From Reclinomonas americana ATCC 50394 (taxonomy: Eukaryota): 64,000 nt of DNA. The translations under genes and the position numbers were made by a program. How positions within the stretch are numbered: the first letter of the stretch is position 1; each line of letters begins with the position of its first letter. The stretch lies in assembly GCA_048213135.1 (NCBI GenBank), contig PS015164.1:1-64000 (forward strand), read 5' to 3'. The notes under the pieces are model-generated. The model had not been told where the DNA came from. It was given only the letters and a program-made list of their open reading frames with translations, and did not search any database. Positions 13,696 through 27,146 of this stretch are shown here, one piece after another.

Positions 13696-14352
13696 AGAGG
13701 AAGAAGAACAAGAAGAACAAGAAGAACAAGAAGAAGAAGAAGAAGAACAAGAAGAAGAAGAAGAAGAAGAAGAAGAACAAGAACAAGAAGAAGAAGAAGA
13801 AGAAGAAGAAGAGGGGAAGAAGGAGGAGAAGGAGGGGGAGGAGAGGAAGAAGAGGAGAAGAAGAAGAGAGTGCTGCGTGCGCGCCTCACTCAATCACTCT
13901 TGCACTCTCACTCTTTCACTCACTCACCAACGATCTTTGCCACACTGCCTGGTGGCTCGTTGCTGTGTGAGCAGCTGCACCCCATTCTCTCACACTCACT
14001 CACTCACAGATATCGCGAGCTCTGTCTCTCTCTCTTATCTCTTTATTTTGTGATGGATTTTGGGGCGGAGGTTGCATCGACACTTGCGGGTGGTGAGAGT
14101 GAGTGGCCGACGATCCGCGTGCAGGCGGTGGATGTCAGTGCGACTCCGGAGGCGATGCCGCTGAGTGTGTTGATGGCGAGGGTGGAGGAGGCGGTGGAGA
14201 AGAATGTTGAGGAGAGAGGGAGGAGAGAGGAGAAGGGAAGGAGAGCAAAGGCAACACGCACACACACACGCGAAGAGAGAGAGAGAGAGCTTCTCAATGC
14301 ATGCATTCTGCTCCAGAGAGACAGCAATCATGTCACTCTCTCTTTTTCTTTC

Positions 14353-14392
<40 letters not shown>

Positions 14393-15132
14393 GCTTTCTC
14401 TACTCACTGAATCACCGAGAGAGACAGACATACAAGCATTCCTCTTTCTTTCTTTCTCTTTCGCTCTCTCTTTCTCTCTCTTTCTCTGTCTTTCTCTCTC
14501 TCTTTCTCTCTCTCTNNNNNNNNNNNNNNNNNNNNNNNNNNNNNNNNNNNNNNNNNNNNNNNNNNNNNNNNNNNNNNNNNNNNNNNNNNNNNNNNNNNNN
14601 NNNNNNNNNNNNNTGAGTGACAGCGGAAGGAGGGAGAGTGGACTAGACAAAGCACGCAACGTGCTGTGTCAGTGTATCAATCTGCTTGGTCCACAGTCCC
14701 GAGCCACCTCCCCAGCCTGTCGCCACAATGCACTGAGTCTCTCTTGTCTGTCTCACTCCTCTCTGTCACACTCACACACCATGCAGCAACACAATGGTTC
14801 CTCCAGGCTCTCTCTTGCCCTCCACCTCTCGCACTCGTGAGCATCGCACAGTGTGCAAGAACAGAGACTCGCCCGCTGCTGCCACTCCATCCACTGAGTC
14901 ACGAGGAATCCGCACGTTCTGCACCTGCACGAGGCTCTCCAGACCTGACAAAGGCGACTGAGTGAGAGAGGGAAAGAGCAGAGACACAGAGAGAGACAAG
15001 GGGTGACTTGCCCTCAAACAAGCGCATTTCGGCTTCTGCGGCTGTCTGTGAGACCATGGTGCCTGCGCGTGCTCTCGCAAAGCCATAGGCGGCCGCGGCA
15101 AGAGTGCCCAGTGCACCAAAGCCCAACCACAT
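12138..15132 (-). CDS. Alpha/beta hydrolase, ABHD4/ABHD5-like (multi-exon; central exons not found)
   Basis: Exons encode IVLLHGWGGGSGLW, AASYALEHPQRVRRLILNAPVG and KVIELQGVGHHPHSE. The nucleophile-elbow exon was not located and may lie in the gap at 14516-14613. Confidence 0.7.
13193..13868. repeat. (GGA)n/(GAA)n purine microsatellite in intron
   Basis: Direct; it produces spurious poly-E/L/S ORFs. Confidence 0.95.
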
Positions 15133-15316
15133 CTCAGACAATCAACGAGAGGACAACTTGTGGGTTCTTCCGTGAAGTCGAAGGGATTGCACAACGCGTT
15201 TACTGCCCGCCCAAGTCAGGCAGGCACAACAGAGACCTTAGCTGTTGCATCTCTGTGGTTGCTGGACAACCTGCTCGACAGCTCATTGCTCGTCGAGCTT
15301 CTCTCGTTCTCTGGCA

Positions 15317-17986
15317 TCAATCGGCGGTGACGAGAAGTTCCGGTGACAAGAGATCCAACCGCAGTGTCTCGCGCGGTATCCGGTTGCCGTAGATCAGCAG
15401 CGATCGCAGTGACTTTGGCAGTGCCTCCGTGTCGAGCGAGCTGATCTTGTTGTGCGACAACTGCAGCGTGCGCAGCGTGCGTGGCAGGCCGCCCGTGTCG
15501 AATTCGCGCAGCTTGTTGCCGTGCAGCTGCAAGTGGATGAGTGGAATGTCTGCCGGCAGCTGGCGCGTGTTGAAGCGGCGCAGGCGATTGCCGGGCAGCA
15601 TCAGCGACGTCAGCTGCGGCGGCAGGGCGGCCAGATCCAGCTCCTCAATGTCGTTGCACGACACGTCGAGGACGCGCAGCGTGCGCGGCAGCAGGCTAAT
15701 GTCGAGGCCGAGCAGTGCATTGTCGAGCAGGTACAGCTCACGCAGGCCCGGACACAGCGTGCACAGCGGTGCGGTGCCTGCGAAAGGGGGAAGAGGAAAG
15801 AGGGCGCAGGGGTGAGGCGGGAAGAGCGAACGGGGGAAGAGCGAAGGGGGACGACGGAAGGGCGGTAGCGAAACAGGAGAAGAGGAAGGGGGTATTACAG
15901 GGGGAAGAGCGAAGGGAGAAGCGCAAAGGAAAAGCCAAGGGGGGAAGAGGGATGGAAGGGAGAAGTGCAAAGGGAAAGGCAAGGGGGTAAGGCAAGGGGG
16001 GAATGGCAAAGGGGAAAGGCAAGGAGTAATGAGCAAGAAGGATAGGGGAAGGAAGTAAGGAGCACAGGGGGGTGGAAGAGCAAAGGATGAAGAGCGAAAG
16101 GAAGAAGGAGCAAACGGAGAAATAGCAAGGGGAATGGCAAGGGGAAGACCAAAGGGCAGTGCTCTCACGCAACTCAACCCCAGCGCCTTCCCGCCATCCA
16201 AAAACGTCGGCGCAAACTCGTGCTCCGCCGCAGGCCTCCAGCTCTGCATGCACAACGAGCGCAGCTTGCTCGACAGCGGCACATACAGTGACATGGTCTT
16301 GTTGTCGGGATTGGGCACGGGCGGGAACACTGTCGGGTTCGGCGACGGCGCCGACGGCACCACCGGCAAGAAAATGACAAAGGCCGTGGTGGAGGTCGGC
16401 TCCGACGAGCAGCAGGCGCGTGACAGCGATTGCGGGTGGTGCAGCTCGTGCACCAGGCCGTCAAAGGCATACAACCAGTCGTCGCGGAACAAGTACATGC
16501 CAAAGTCGACCGACAGGGAGGTGAGCGAGGGGAACACTGTACGCGGAAGAGTGAGGAAGGCCGGGCGCGCGGGGAGGAGACAGAGGGAGCGACCACTGAC
16601 CGTGTTGTGCCACGAGAAACGTTTTCCGAACAGAAAAGAAGTCTGTGAGCGCAGTGAGTGTGAGAGGGCAGCATGTGCAGGCAAGAGCAACGCACCAGTG
16701 TCCAACGACTGCACCGACTGCTCGATCATGGCGCAGAACTGTGGAAGACGTGAGTTGTCTTTCACATGATCTTGCTCTCTCTCTCGTTGACTCACTCACC
16801 CACGAGCTCACTCGCCACAACGAATGTGGTCGCTGGTAACAGTCGCCAACGCTGAGGAACGACAGCACCTGATCTCCATGAGGTGAGGAACAGAGAGTGA
16901 GAGAGAAGACAAAGAGACACAGACGACACACCTCACTGACGAGCTCCGTAGGCAGATCTGTGAGCACAAGAGTGAGCAAGTGAGGGATGTGCAGTGTGTG
17001 AGCGTGAGAGACGCACCTGTGAACTGAAGCATCGTCCTCTCTCTCCCTTCTCTTGTGGCAAAGATCGAAACGAAGGTTTTTACGATCGCGCGCGCGAAGT
17101 CGTTTGTCCGCAAGAGGCGGGGTAACTGTGGGGGAGGTGGCGATGGTGGTGGAATAACGCAGCCAACAAGGCAAGGCAAGGAAGGAGGAGAGTGTCGTGA
17201 CAGGAGGCAGCAAAGCCAGCTGCAGGCGATCGAACGTCGACGATCGATTGTGGATCAGCTGCAAAGCGATCGCCACATGCAACTGCTGAGTTTCTAAAGC
17301 CCGCTTTAGGCATATCTCTTCTGCTAGATCCAGCCAGTGTGAAGAGGCAGCCATCGATCGATCATGATAGAGCACAAGCCAGTGTGAAGAGGAAGACATC
17401 GACTGCGAAGTTGTCAATCGCGATCCGTCAATGACCATGCTGCAGTGCCCGGGGATCGGCTACAACTTGCTGCTGCATAGTTCTTCTTGCCACGAGCCCA
17501 CTCTCATGCACGAGTCAACAACAGGCGATCGCTGCGATCAACACTTCTCAAACAACACATCGCCTGCATTCTTCACCTCTCCTTCTCCCTCAATGCGCGG
17601 GCCACCACTGGTGCCGCGACCAGAGGAGGTGGCGATGGCACCTCAGACGACGCCACCTGCAGTGGTGGAGGCGGTAATGGTCTCCACTGCTCTGCCTCTC
17701 CTCCTCCTCCTCCCTCTTGCTCATGCAATCCGGAAAAGATCGACACTTGCGGTGGTCTCAACACAACGCCCGACGGGAGCGTGATTGACTCCGTGTGCAC
17801 CGCAGTGAGGAAGCGAAGGAGAGAGAGTTTGACGTGTCTGTGCGCGATGAGCATGCAAAACGAGAGAGGCAGTGAGAGAATGAGCATGCGCAACTCATTG
17901 TGCTGCCGGTGTCGTTGTCGGCGTCGACGCAAAGCCTCCACTGCTCTGTGGCGAATCACAGCGGCCACCACAGAGTCGCTCTCCAT
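15317..17986 (-). CDS. F-box / leucine-rich-repeat protein (multi-exon)
   Basis: F-box-like DLPTELVSEVLSFLSVGD; C-terminal LPxxLxxLxLxxN repeats (LPRTLRVLDVSCN, LPPQLTSLMLPGN, LPRTLRTLQLSHN). The N-terminal exons and start are tentative. Confidence 0.75.
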
Positions 17987-18041
17987 CAATCAATCAAACA
18001 AACAAGAGAGGGACAGGAGGACTGTCTGCAGTCTTGGCAGT

Positions 18042-19564
18042 TCATTTGAAATAGTACACGAGGAGCGTGACGGCCAGCACCAGCAAGAGGAACGGCAAAA
18101 ACGTGGCCAGCAGTGCCGCCGTGGAGGTGAACTTTCCGCGACACACAATGTTGGTGCCGATGCGTGCGGCGTTCCAGTCGGTGCGCCCGGCGTAGCGCAT
18201 CCGTCGCAGCGCGTACGCCACGTGCGAGTGGCAATTGTCGCAGCAAATATTGTGCACTCGTCGACTGTACTCTCGATTGGCGGCACGCACTGCCGCGTCC
18301 CACGCCTCCGCCTTGCTGCCGTGCGCACCGGCGTCGTCCGGGATGAGCGCAGGGTCCAGTCGCCACACCCTGCACCACACTCAATCAGTACCCCGACTCT
18401 GCAGTGGAAGCAACAAGCAGAGAACGGAACCGCAGAGTCGGGCCAAACACAAGCCGCCCCGAGTTGATGTAGTACGGGCCGGCAAAGTCGTAGATCACCC
18501 CGCGGCTGTCGCAAATGCCCGCGTGGCCGACGAGAGGGAACAGCCAACTGCGAGGGAGGGGAGAATGATGGGAGAGGAGAGAGAGGGAAGAAGGGGAAGA
18601 GAAGGAGAAAGACGAGGAGGAGGAGAACAAGAACAAGAAGAAGAAGACGAAGGACAGGAAGAAGAAGAAGAAGTAGAAGAAGCATGATGAGGAAGAAGAA
18701 GAAGAAGAAGAAGAAGAAGAAGAAGAAGAAGAAGAAGAAGAAGGACAAGAACTACAAGAACAACAGCAAGAGCAAGAACAAGAACAGAACAAGTGGAATG
18801 ACGAGAAGAAGAAAGAAGAGCCAAAAGCAGGAGGAGAAGGGGAAGCAGGAGAAGACAGGTGTGAGTTAGGCGTCGCCTTATCCATCGCCTGGAACACACT
18901 CTTCTCCTTCCCTTTCCTCTCTCTCTCTCTATCTCTGTACCTCAAGCACGGCAACGCCGTCCACACCACCGAGTACGGAAACAGCCGGTTGGCCGGCGGC
19001 AGCGGCTCACTCTCCGGCCACAGCATATCCCCGCTTTCAATCTCACCACCAAACATCGGCGTCGCATCCTTTCATTATCACACAGTCAGCACGGAGGATA
19101 GTACAAGAAGAAGAAGGAGGAGGAGGAGGAGGAGGAGGAGGAGGAGGAGGAGGAGGAAGAAGAAGAAGAAGAGAAGGAGGAGGAGAAGAAGGAGAAGAAG
19201 AAGCAGAAGAGGAAGAACAAGAGCAAGAACAAGGAGAAGAAGAAGAACAAGAAGATGAACAAGAAGAACAAAAACAAGAACAACAAGGAGAAGAACAAGA
19301 ACAACTAGAAGAAGACAGAGAGGAGGAGGAGAACAAGAAGAAGAGGAAGAAGAGGAAGAAGAACAAGGAAAAGAACAAGGAGAAGAACAAGAACAAGAAC
19401 AAGAACAAGAAGAAGCCAAGAAGAAGACAGGAGGAAGAGGAGAAGAGGAGAAGAAGAAGACTGATTGCATGTCTTTGTGTGCGCGCAACTGCATCACTTT
19501 CAAACATGTCAGCAGCGACTGTGCGACTGCCGCCCATGGGTGCCACAGAGGGACCGCCACTCAT
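18042..19564 (-). CDS. TMEM222: TMEM222 / RTE1-like (DUF778) membrane protein
   Basis: FPYSVVWTALP, GHAGICDSRGVIYDFAGPY and HNICCDNCHSHVAYAL across 4 exons. Confidence 0.9.
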
Positions 19565-19638
19565 TCTCACTGACAAGACAGCGACGGAATGAGTGAACCT
19601 TTGATCAATCAACTCTTGACAGGCCTTGACAAGATAAG

Positions 19639-21144
19639 ATGTATGTCGAGAAAGGCGAGGTCACCAGTGTGCGTCCGCGCTTTGTGAGCAGTGTGAGTGG
19701 CGATGTGAGTAGTAGTGTGGTTGCTGGTGCGGCGGCGCCTTCGCCGGATCGACGGGCGGATGAGCGGCAGCCGGAGGAGTGCAGACCACTCTGTTGCGTG
19801 TGTGTGTGTGTGACATGTGCCACAGACGCACGCACGCACGCACGCACGCATTCACGGAGAGTGCATAGAGAGAGTACACACACAGAGAGCAGAAAGAGCA
19901 CAGAGAAGAGCACACTGACTGCATTCTTGCAATTAATCACTCTCATTGCATTCGCTGCATTCACTCAGTCTCCCTTTCTCTTTGCCTGCTTCGTTCTGTG
20001 CCTCTTGCGCACGCTCACTCACTGCTTACCTCCTTCCCTGCCTTCACGTCTCTCGTGCGNNNNNNNNNNNNNNNNNNNNNNNNNNNNNNNNNNNNNNNNN
20101 NNNNNNNNNNNNNNNNNNNNNNNNNNNNNNNNNNNNNNNNNNNNNNNNNNNNNNNNNNNNNNNNNNNNNNNNNNNNNNNNNNNNNNNNNNNNNNNNNNNN
20201 NNNNNNNNNNNNNNNNNNNNNNNNNNNNNNNNNNNNNNNNNNNNNNNNNNNNNNNNNNNNNNNNNNNNNNNNNNNNNNNNNNNNNNNNNNNNNNNNNNNN
20301 NNNNNNNNNNNNNNNNNNNNNNNNNNNNNNNNNNNCGCTCTCATTCACCCTCGCTGTAGCCTGCTTCCTTTCCGGCCCCTTGTGCTCACTGCATCCACTA
20401 CAGATCACTCGTGCATTCACTGCCTCACTTGCTGCATTCACTCGCTAATCGCCCTCGCTCGTGCTTCATTGTCTGCCCTCCCATCACTCGTGCACTCGCT
20501 GTATCCACTCACTCCTCATCATCCACTCGCCTTTCTCACTCCCTCACTGCCTGCCTCTTTGCGTGCCTCCTTGCTCACTCATTCTGTGTGCTCATGTTCA
20601 GTCCTGAAGCTCGGCGTGGTGGAGAAGAGTCGCGGATCGGCCTACATTGAGCTGCACAACACCAAAGTCATGTGCTCAGTGTTGCGTCGCTCACTTTGCG
20701 CTGCGTGTCTCTCTGCTCGTGTTCTCCCGGCTGCTCATCTTATTATTGCGCTGCCAGGGTGGGTCCTCGCCCGACTGCGCGCCCCGAGTTCACCGAGCAA
20801 GGCCAGTTGCATTGCAGTGTGCATGTGGCTCCCTTTGCCACCCCTGTGCGTCTCGTGCCCAACTCTGTTGCGTCCCCTCGGTTGCGCTATGTAGAAGAGG
20901 GGTGCTGCCCTGCTGACGCTTTGTGCAGTACGAGTCGCGTGAGTTGGATCGGCAGCTGTCGCTGCAGCTGTATCAGGCGCTGGAGGCGTGTGTGCGGCTC
21001 GATCGCTTCCCGAAGTCCGTCGTCGATGTCAATGTGGTGGTCATGGAGTCGGATGGAGGTGTGTGAGGGAGGGAGGAGGAGGAAGGCAAAGAACAAGAGA
21101 GCAGCAGCAGCATGAGAGAGCGTGCAAGAAAGCAGAGAGTGAGG

Positions 21145-21232
<88 letters not shown>

Positions 21233-21256
21233 TAGTAGTAGTAGTAGTAGTAGTAG

Positions 21257-21329
<73 letters not shown>

Positions 21330-21792
21330 NNNNNNNNNNNNNNNNNNNNNNNNNNNNNNNNNNNNNNNNNNNNNNNNNNNNNNNNNNNNNNNNNNNNNNN
21401 NNNNNNNNNNNNNNNNNNNNNNNNNNNNNNNNNNNNNNNNNNNNNNNNNNNNNNNNNNNNNNNNNNNNNNNNNNNNNNNNNNNNNNNNNNNNNNNNNNNN
21501 NNNNNNNNNNNNNNNNNNNNNNNNNNNNNNNNNNNNNNNNNNNNNNNNNNNNNNNNNNNNNNNNNNNNNNNNNNNNNNNNNNNNNNNNNNNNNNNNNNNN
21601 NNNNNNNNNNNNNNNNNNNNNNNNNNNNNNNNNNNNNNNNNNNNNNNNNNNNNNNNNNNNNNNNNNNNNNNNNNNNNNNNNNNNNNNNNNNNNNNNNNNN
21701 NNNNNNNNNNNNNNCGACGACGAAGACGTAGACGTACGTACGAGAGAGAAGAGACGAGTAGAGACGCGACGAGAGAGTAGAGAGACGAGAGA

Positions 21793-21838
<46 letters not shown>

Positions 21839-22728
21839 CTTGTGTGCATCAGTACGTGTATGGATGGAGAGAGTGAGAGCAAAAGGCGACGAGAGTGCGG
21901 ACGAGAGGAGAAGTGCAGGGAGTGAGATGCAGGGAAAGAACAGAGACTGGGACAACGCGGCCAGAAGACCACAGATTTAAGCTGCACGAAAACATCGGCG
22001 ATGGAGTCCACAAAGAGAGAAAGAGATGAACGCCGAGGAAATGAGGCCAACAGCAAGAGCGAGGAGAGGAGGACAGAAGCACACCTTAAGTGCACCATCT
22101 GAGCGAGAAGCGGAAAGTATGAAATGGAGAGACTAGACTTTGCTGCACGACGGCAGCTGAGATTCATAGAGCGCAAGACAGTGAGTACAGCAAGGCAAAG
22201 GAAAGTGACTTCTCCTCCCTCTTGTCCCTCTCTCCTCCCTCTCTTCTCCATTCGCTGACCGACCGCGTCACAGGCACTCTGAGTGCCATTATCAACTGCG
22301 CATCACTGGCGCTGGCCGACGGCGGCTTTGAGATGTACGATCTAGTCGCGGCGTGTCAAGCAGTTTCGCAGCCTTGTTTTTTTTCACTCCACCTCTCCTT
22401 CGCACATGCTCACTCCCCCCTCGCGCAGTGTGAACTGCAACGCAGCATTGTGCTCGACCCCACTGCCGTGGAGGAGCGCTACCAGACCGGCAGTATGTGT
22501 GTGGCCTACATGCCGTCGCTGAGCGAGGTCACACTGATGACACAATCGGGCGAGATGAGCGTCACCAAGGTGATGGAGGCCATTGATCTGGCACTCGACG
22601 GCTGCTCTCGAATCCACGAATTGCTACGCTCGCATCTGCTGGCGTCGCTGGTGGAGCAGGAGGAGAGAAGAAAGCGGGAAGAGGAGGATGACGATAGAGC
22701 AATGATGGCGGTGGATGGAGCAAAGTGA
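19639..22728 (+). CDS. EXOSC6: Exosome RNase PH subunit, Mtr3/EXOSC6-like
   Basis: GSAYIELHNTKVMCSVVGPR, RFPKSVVDVNVVVMESDGG, ASLALADGGFEMYDLV, VLDPT. Confidence 0.8.
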
Positions 22729-22776
22729 ACGACGGACAACGAAGAGCGACGACGCTGTGTCCTGCAATCATTTAAC

Positions 22777-23976
22777 ATGATGCTGTTTGTGCGAAGAGCA
22801 GCACCACTGCTGCCACTCACTCGTCGACTCACCTACAAGCCAGCTGCACCAGTGCAACCCACCAACATTTCATACAAACGCGCAGAAAAGGCATCGTGTG
22901 CATACTCTTTCTCTCTTTCTCCTTTGCTTCTCTCTCTCATTGACACAGACGTTGCATGTGGACTTTGAGGATGGGCGGAGGTTCCGGTTCCTGGCCGAGT
23001 TCCTGCGCGTGGAGAGTCCGTCTGCGGAGACAAAGGGATATGGAGCGGCTGCAGGGAAGGCGAAGGTGCGATGAGAGAGAGAGAGAGAGAAGAAGAAGAA
23101 GAAGAAGTAGAGGAGAGGAGAGGTGAGGAGAGGAGAGGGAGGGTCTCACTCCACAGCTCGCGCTGCATTATTCACCTCGTTCATCGCCAAGTTGTCCAAG
23201 CAGGATTTATCCTGCTTCTCTGCATTGTGGTGTCCCCACTCTCCTTGCTCGCCGTCTGCAGTTCAGTTGTGATCGTGCTGCTCTTCCCTTTTTGCAGACC
23301 GTGACACATGGCGATCATTCCTCTTGCCCTTGCCTCTCTGCAGTCTTCTTCACGAATCCATTCGGCTCTCCTTTCATCCCGCTCGTACTGTTCTCTTCCT
23401 CCACTGCAGACCGCGACACACCTTGGCGATCTTTGCATTTGCCTCTCTGCCTCGCCATGTCCAGCATTCCGCTCTCCTTTCTCACTGTCTGCAGTCGTGA
23501 TCATGCTGCTCTTCCCCTGTTGCAGACCGTGACACGCCCTTGGCGATCATTCTCCTTTGCCCTTGTCTTTCTGAAATCCATTTACAGTATTCCGCTCTCC
23601 TCCTTCGCCCTTCTCTTCTGCAGACCTCGGCGCCTCACCTGTCTTTCCTTCTCGTTCGCGTTCCGCTCACCTCCTTCCCCTGTTCCTTCCCCCTTGCCCC
23701 TTCTCCCTTTCCTCCTCCTCGCAGATCGTGACCGCCCGTCGCGGCGTCTCCATCATCGGCATGGAGCAGACTGGTCGCTACGGCCTGCGCATCACCTTTG
23801 ACGATCTGCACGAGACGGGCATCTACTCATGGGAGTACTTGTACTGGCTGGGCCTCAACAAGACGCGCCTCATGCGCGAGTACGTGCGAGAACTGCGCGC
23901 CCGCGGTCTTTCGCGAGATCGACGGCAGCGCAAGTCATCTTCTCCTTCTCCAACACCACCGGGAGTCGTCAAGTGA
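22777..23976 (+). CDS. DUF971 / GBBH-like N-terminal domain protein, probably mitochondrial
   Basis: Exons 22777-22890, 22949-23065 and 23725-23976; AEFLRVESPSAE, GRYGLRITFDDLHETGIYSWEYL; Arg-rich presequence-like N-terminus. Confidence 0.88.
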
Positions 23977-24016
23977 AATATATAGAACTCGCCATTGTCG
24001 TCGTCGTCGTCGCCCC

Positions 24017-26448
24017 TCATGCCTGGAAGAACTTTTTCCACGCCTTGGCCTTGTCGGCAAGCGTCTCGCGAGCCGATGCCGACTGTTCGGGGGCGGATGC
24101 ACCAATTGACCAGTCGGGCGGCGTTGCACCGACGTGAGACATGGCACTGGCGACGGCGTTCTCGTACGTGGTCACCGTGTGATCGGAGATCATGGTCGGC
24201 GACAGGCGGATGCGCAGGTACTCGCCGCGAGACGACACTCGTGGTCGCCAGGAAACCGGGGCGGGGGTGGTGCTGCTGCTGCTGCTGCTCGCAGAGGTGT
24301 TGGAGGCGAACATGGGCGACGACAACTGGTTACGCGCCGTGGCGACTGCATTGGCCACGGCGGCGGCCGAGCGTTGGAGCACGGGGACGGGCGTCGCCAC
24401 GTCACCCGTGTTCGGATCAATGCCACCAGTGGCTTCAGCAGCAGCACCGGCGGCGGCGGCGGCATCCTTGTTGAGGGTCGCCGCCATGGCCGCCTGGCGC
24501 AGCTTGGAGATGCGCTCCGTGACGTTGGTGACTAGGGCGCTCAGCTCAAACCCGGCTGTAGATGTTGACGCGGCGTTGCTCTTGGTGGTGGACGTGGCGG
24601 CCGCAAAGGGGTTGTGTGGCAGCTGGATGGGAACCGGCGCGGGTGGAACCACAGTGTCTGTGCGGGGGAGAGAGTAAGAGAGAGAGATGGAGAGAGCATT
24701 GCAGGAAGAGAAGCGTGAAACTCACCTGGAATCACGCGCGCCAGCTGAATGATGCGACCGGGCACGCCCAGTGTGGTGGAATCTGTCTCGCTCCACTGGC
24801 CCAGACTGCGGTGCGAGAGCACAGAGATATGACAGTGGAAGGAAGTCGTGCGACAAAAACGAGAAGAGTATTACCTATAGGTCAGCGTGAGCGGCACGAG
24901 GTCGCGCTGCACGCGTGAGAACTCGTCCACAAATGTGTTGAGGGAGGAGATGGAGAGGCGCGGAATGATATCGTCACCCGCCACCACCGACACCACGTGA
25001 TCCTGCAGTACTTCGCTCACAGCAGCCGAGCCGCAGGGTGGGACTGTGTGGGACACAAGAATGAGCGGGGGTGCGAAGAACAAGGGATGGGGGAAATATA
25101 TGGCACTCAACTGGCAAATGCGTAGCACTTGACTTTGCACTGCACGTGCTCCTCTGCGAAGAAAGCACAGTGAGATGGAAAGGAGGGCGCAGAAGTGATG
25201 CAGGTCAACGCACGCAACTCTGCACAATCAGGTATGCTGCGCAATGACAAGGGTGAGCAAAAAAGCATGATCTCAGCAAAGGGTACGCGCGACGCAACTC
25301 AAGAGCGCCGCCACTCCGCCACCCAATGAGTGCCCACAAATGTACAGAGTCTCATTCGGGTTCTGGGTGAGCGACTGGAACCACGGCTTCTCCTCGATCT
25401 GCTTGTACACGAACACGGCAGCCTTCCACACACCCCAGTGAACCCACACATCGCCGTCGCCCACATGTGCCTCCTGCACAGATGGAAAAAGTGAGAAGTG
25501 CGGAGCATGCACTTTCCGCCTCCCGCTCCCAGACGCACCTCCAGTGGCTCTTCTCCCGAAAACCGCAAATCCGTAACCACATCGTGCACACTCTCCGTTC
25601 CTCGAATCGTCAGTACCACGCGCTCTTCACCGAGCTTGCCGGGGATGCCCTCGCCCACCTGCTCCCGCACCACGCAGAATACTGGCTGTAGCGCAGAGTT
25701 GCGCTTCTCCTCTTGCAGCACCACTCCCAGCGGACCGTGACCGGTGCGATACAAGGTGCGCGCATGTCGGAAAAACCACCCGACCTCGTACATCTCCTCG
25801 ACGGTTGGCGTCAGCTTGCTAAACACTCCGAACACATTGTCGAGCAACTCGGAGCGCTTGTCGCGGTACGCGGCCAGCGCTCGCATCCACACACAACGGT
25901 CCATCCAGTCTTGCAAGTCGCGCACGTCGCGCACCGTCACGTGCATGAGCGACAGCAGATCCAACATGGTCGCCAGCTGACTCTGCCCGACACTGCGTGG
26001 CGGGAGTGAGAAGGTGGAGAGAAAGAGGAAGAGTGGAGGAGGGAAAGGAGAGAGACGCAACAACGACGCCGCAATGTCGTACAGCCAGCTGACACTCTTT
26101 TGCACTCTGCAGAGCACGGTAAGAGCGCGTCTCCAGCCCTGCGTGTTGGTGAGCATCGCAACTGTGGATCCGCGACTGCGACTGTCGGTGGTGGTGCCTG
26201 ATTGGTGGTACTGCTGCTGGTCAGCGTGGCACTCAGTGCCTGCTCCCACTTTTTTGTCAGAAACGCGCTGGCTCCACGGGCCTGCGAACAGCATGTTAAC
26301 TACAAGCAGCGACAACGGTGCATGTGGAGGTCAAGGTGAATGCTCACCTTGACCGTGAGCTTCTCCAGGGCGACGGGTGGCGAGGCGAGGCGGGAGGCCT
26401 GTGGAAACGGAGCATGAGGAAAGGAAGGAGAGCGGCTTGTCTCGACAT
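24017..26448 (-). CDS. Class 3 lipase (DAG lipase-like), multi-exon
   Basis: IRGTESVHDVVTD, VHWGVWKAA, GHSLGGGVAALL, CYAFAIPP, GDDIIPRLS; start approximate. Confidence 0.88.
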
Positions 26449-26717
26449 TGTTCTTCAATCAACACGCAGCGTCCTCTCTCAGTCTGATCCAAGCTTCTGG
26501 TCACACATCCCTTGCTAATCTTGTCTCTTCACGCTGTTCTTCTGTTTCTGATCAATGCCGTCTGCCTTCCTCTCGCCAGTTCATCGCTTGCCTTCTGCAT
26601 CCTCCACTCTCTCCTCTTTCTTTCTCTCTTTGTTGTTCCTGAATGACCGATTCTGATCGTCGTTGTCTGCCTTCCTCGCTCACATGTGTTCTTACCAGAC
26701 CATCACTTGCTTCCTCT

Positions 26718-26760
<43 letters not shown>

Positions 26761-26984
26761 CTCTCTCTCAATCTCTGCAGTTCCTTATCTGCGATCCTGA
26801 TCATCGTCGTCTGCCTTCCTCTCACATATCCCTTACTGCGCATCCCCTTCTGCATCCTCCTCTCTCTCTCTCTCTCTCTCTCTTCTCTTCTCTTCTCTTC
26901 TCTCCGCCCTCTATTTCCGAACACTCTGCAAGAATATCCTCCCACTCTCTCTCACCTTTGCTGCAGCATCCTCCGTCGCCGGCG

Positions 26985-27107
26985 ATGCAGCAGCCGGAGC
27001 ACTGCGTCGCACAAAAGACATGCGCGACTGTGCAAACACCCGCCAAAACATTCACACAAGAAGAAGCAGTGANNNNNNNNNNNNNNNNNNNNTCGTCCTT
27101 CCCTACC

Positions 27108-27146
<39 letters not shown>

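Noticed and set aside
13059-14053. Poly-E/G, poly-L, poly-S and poly-F ORFs (also near 18500-19500, 27300-27770, 45225-45990, 51540-52100 and 53900-55000)
   Set aside because: Translations of intronic microsatellites between identified exons
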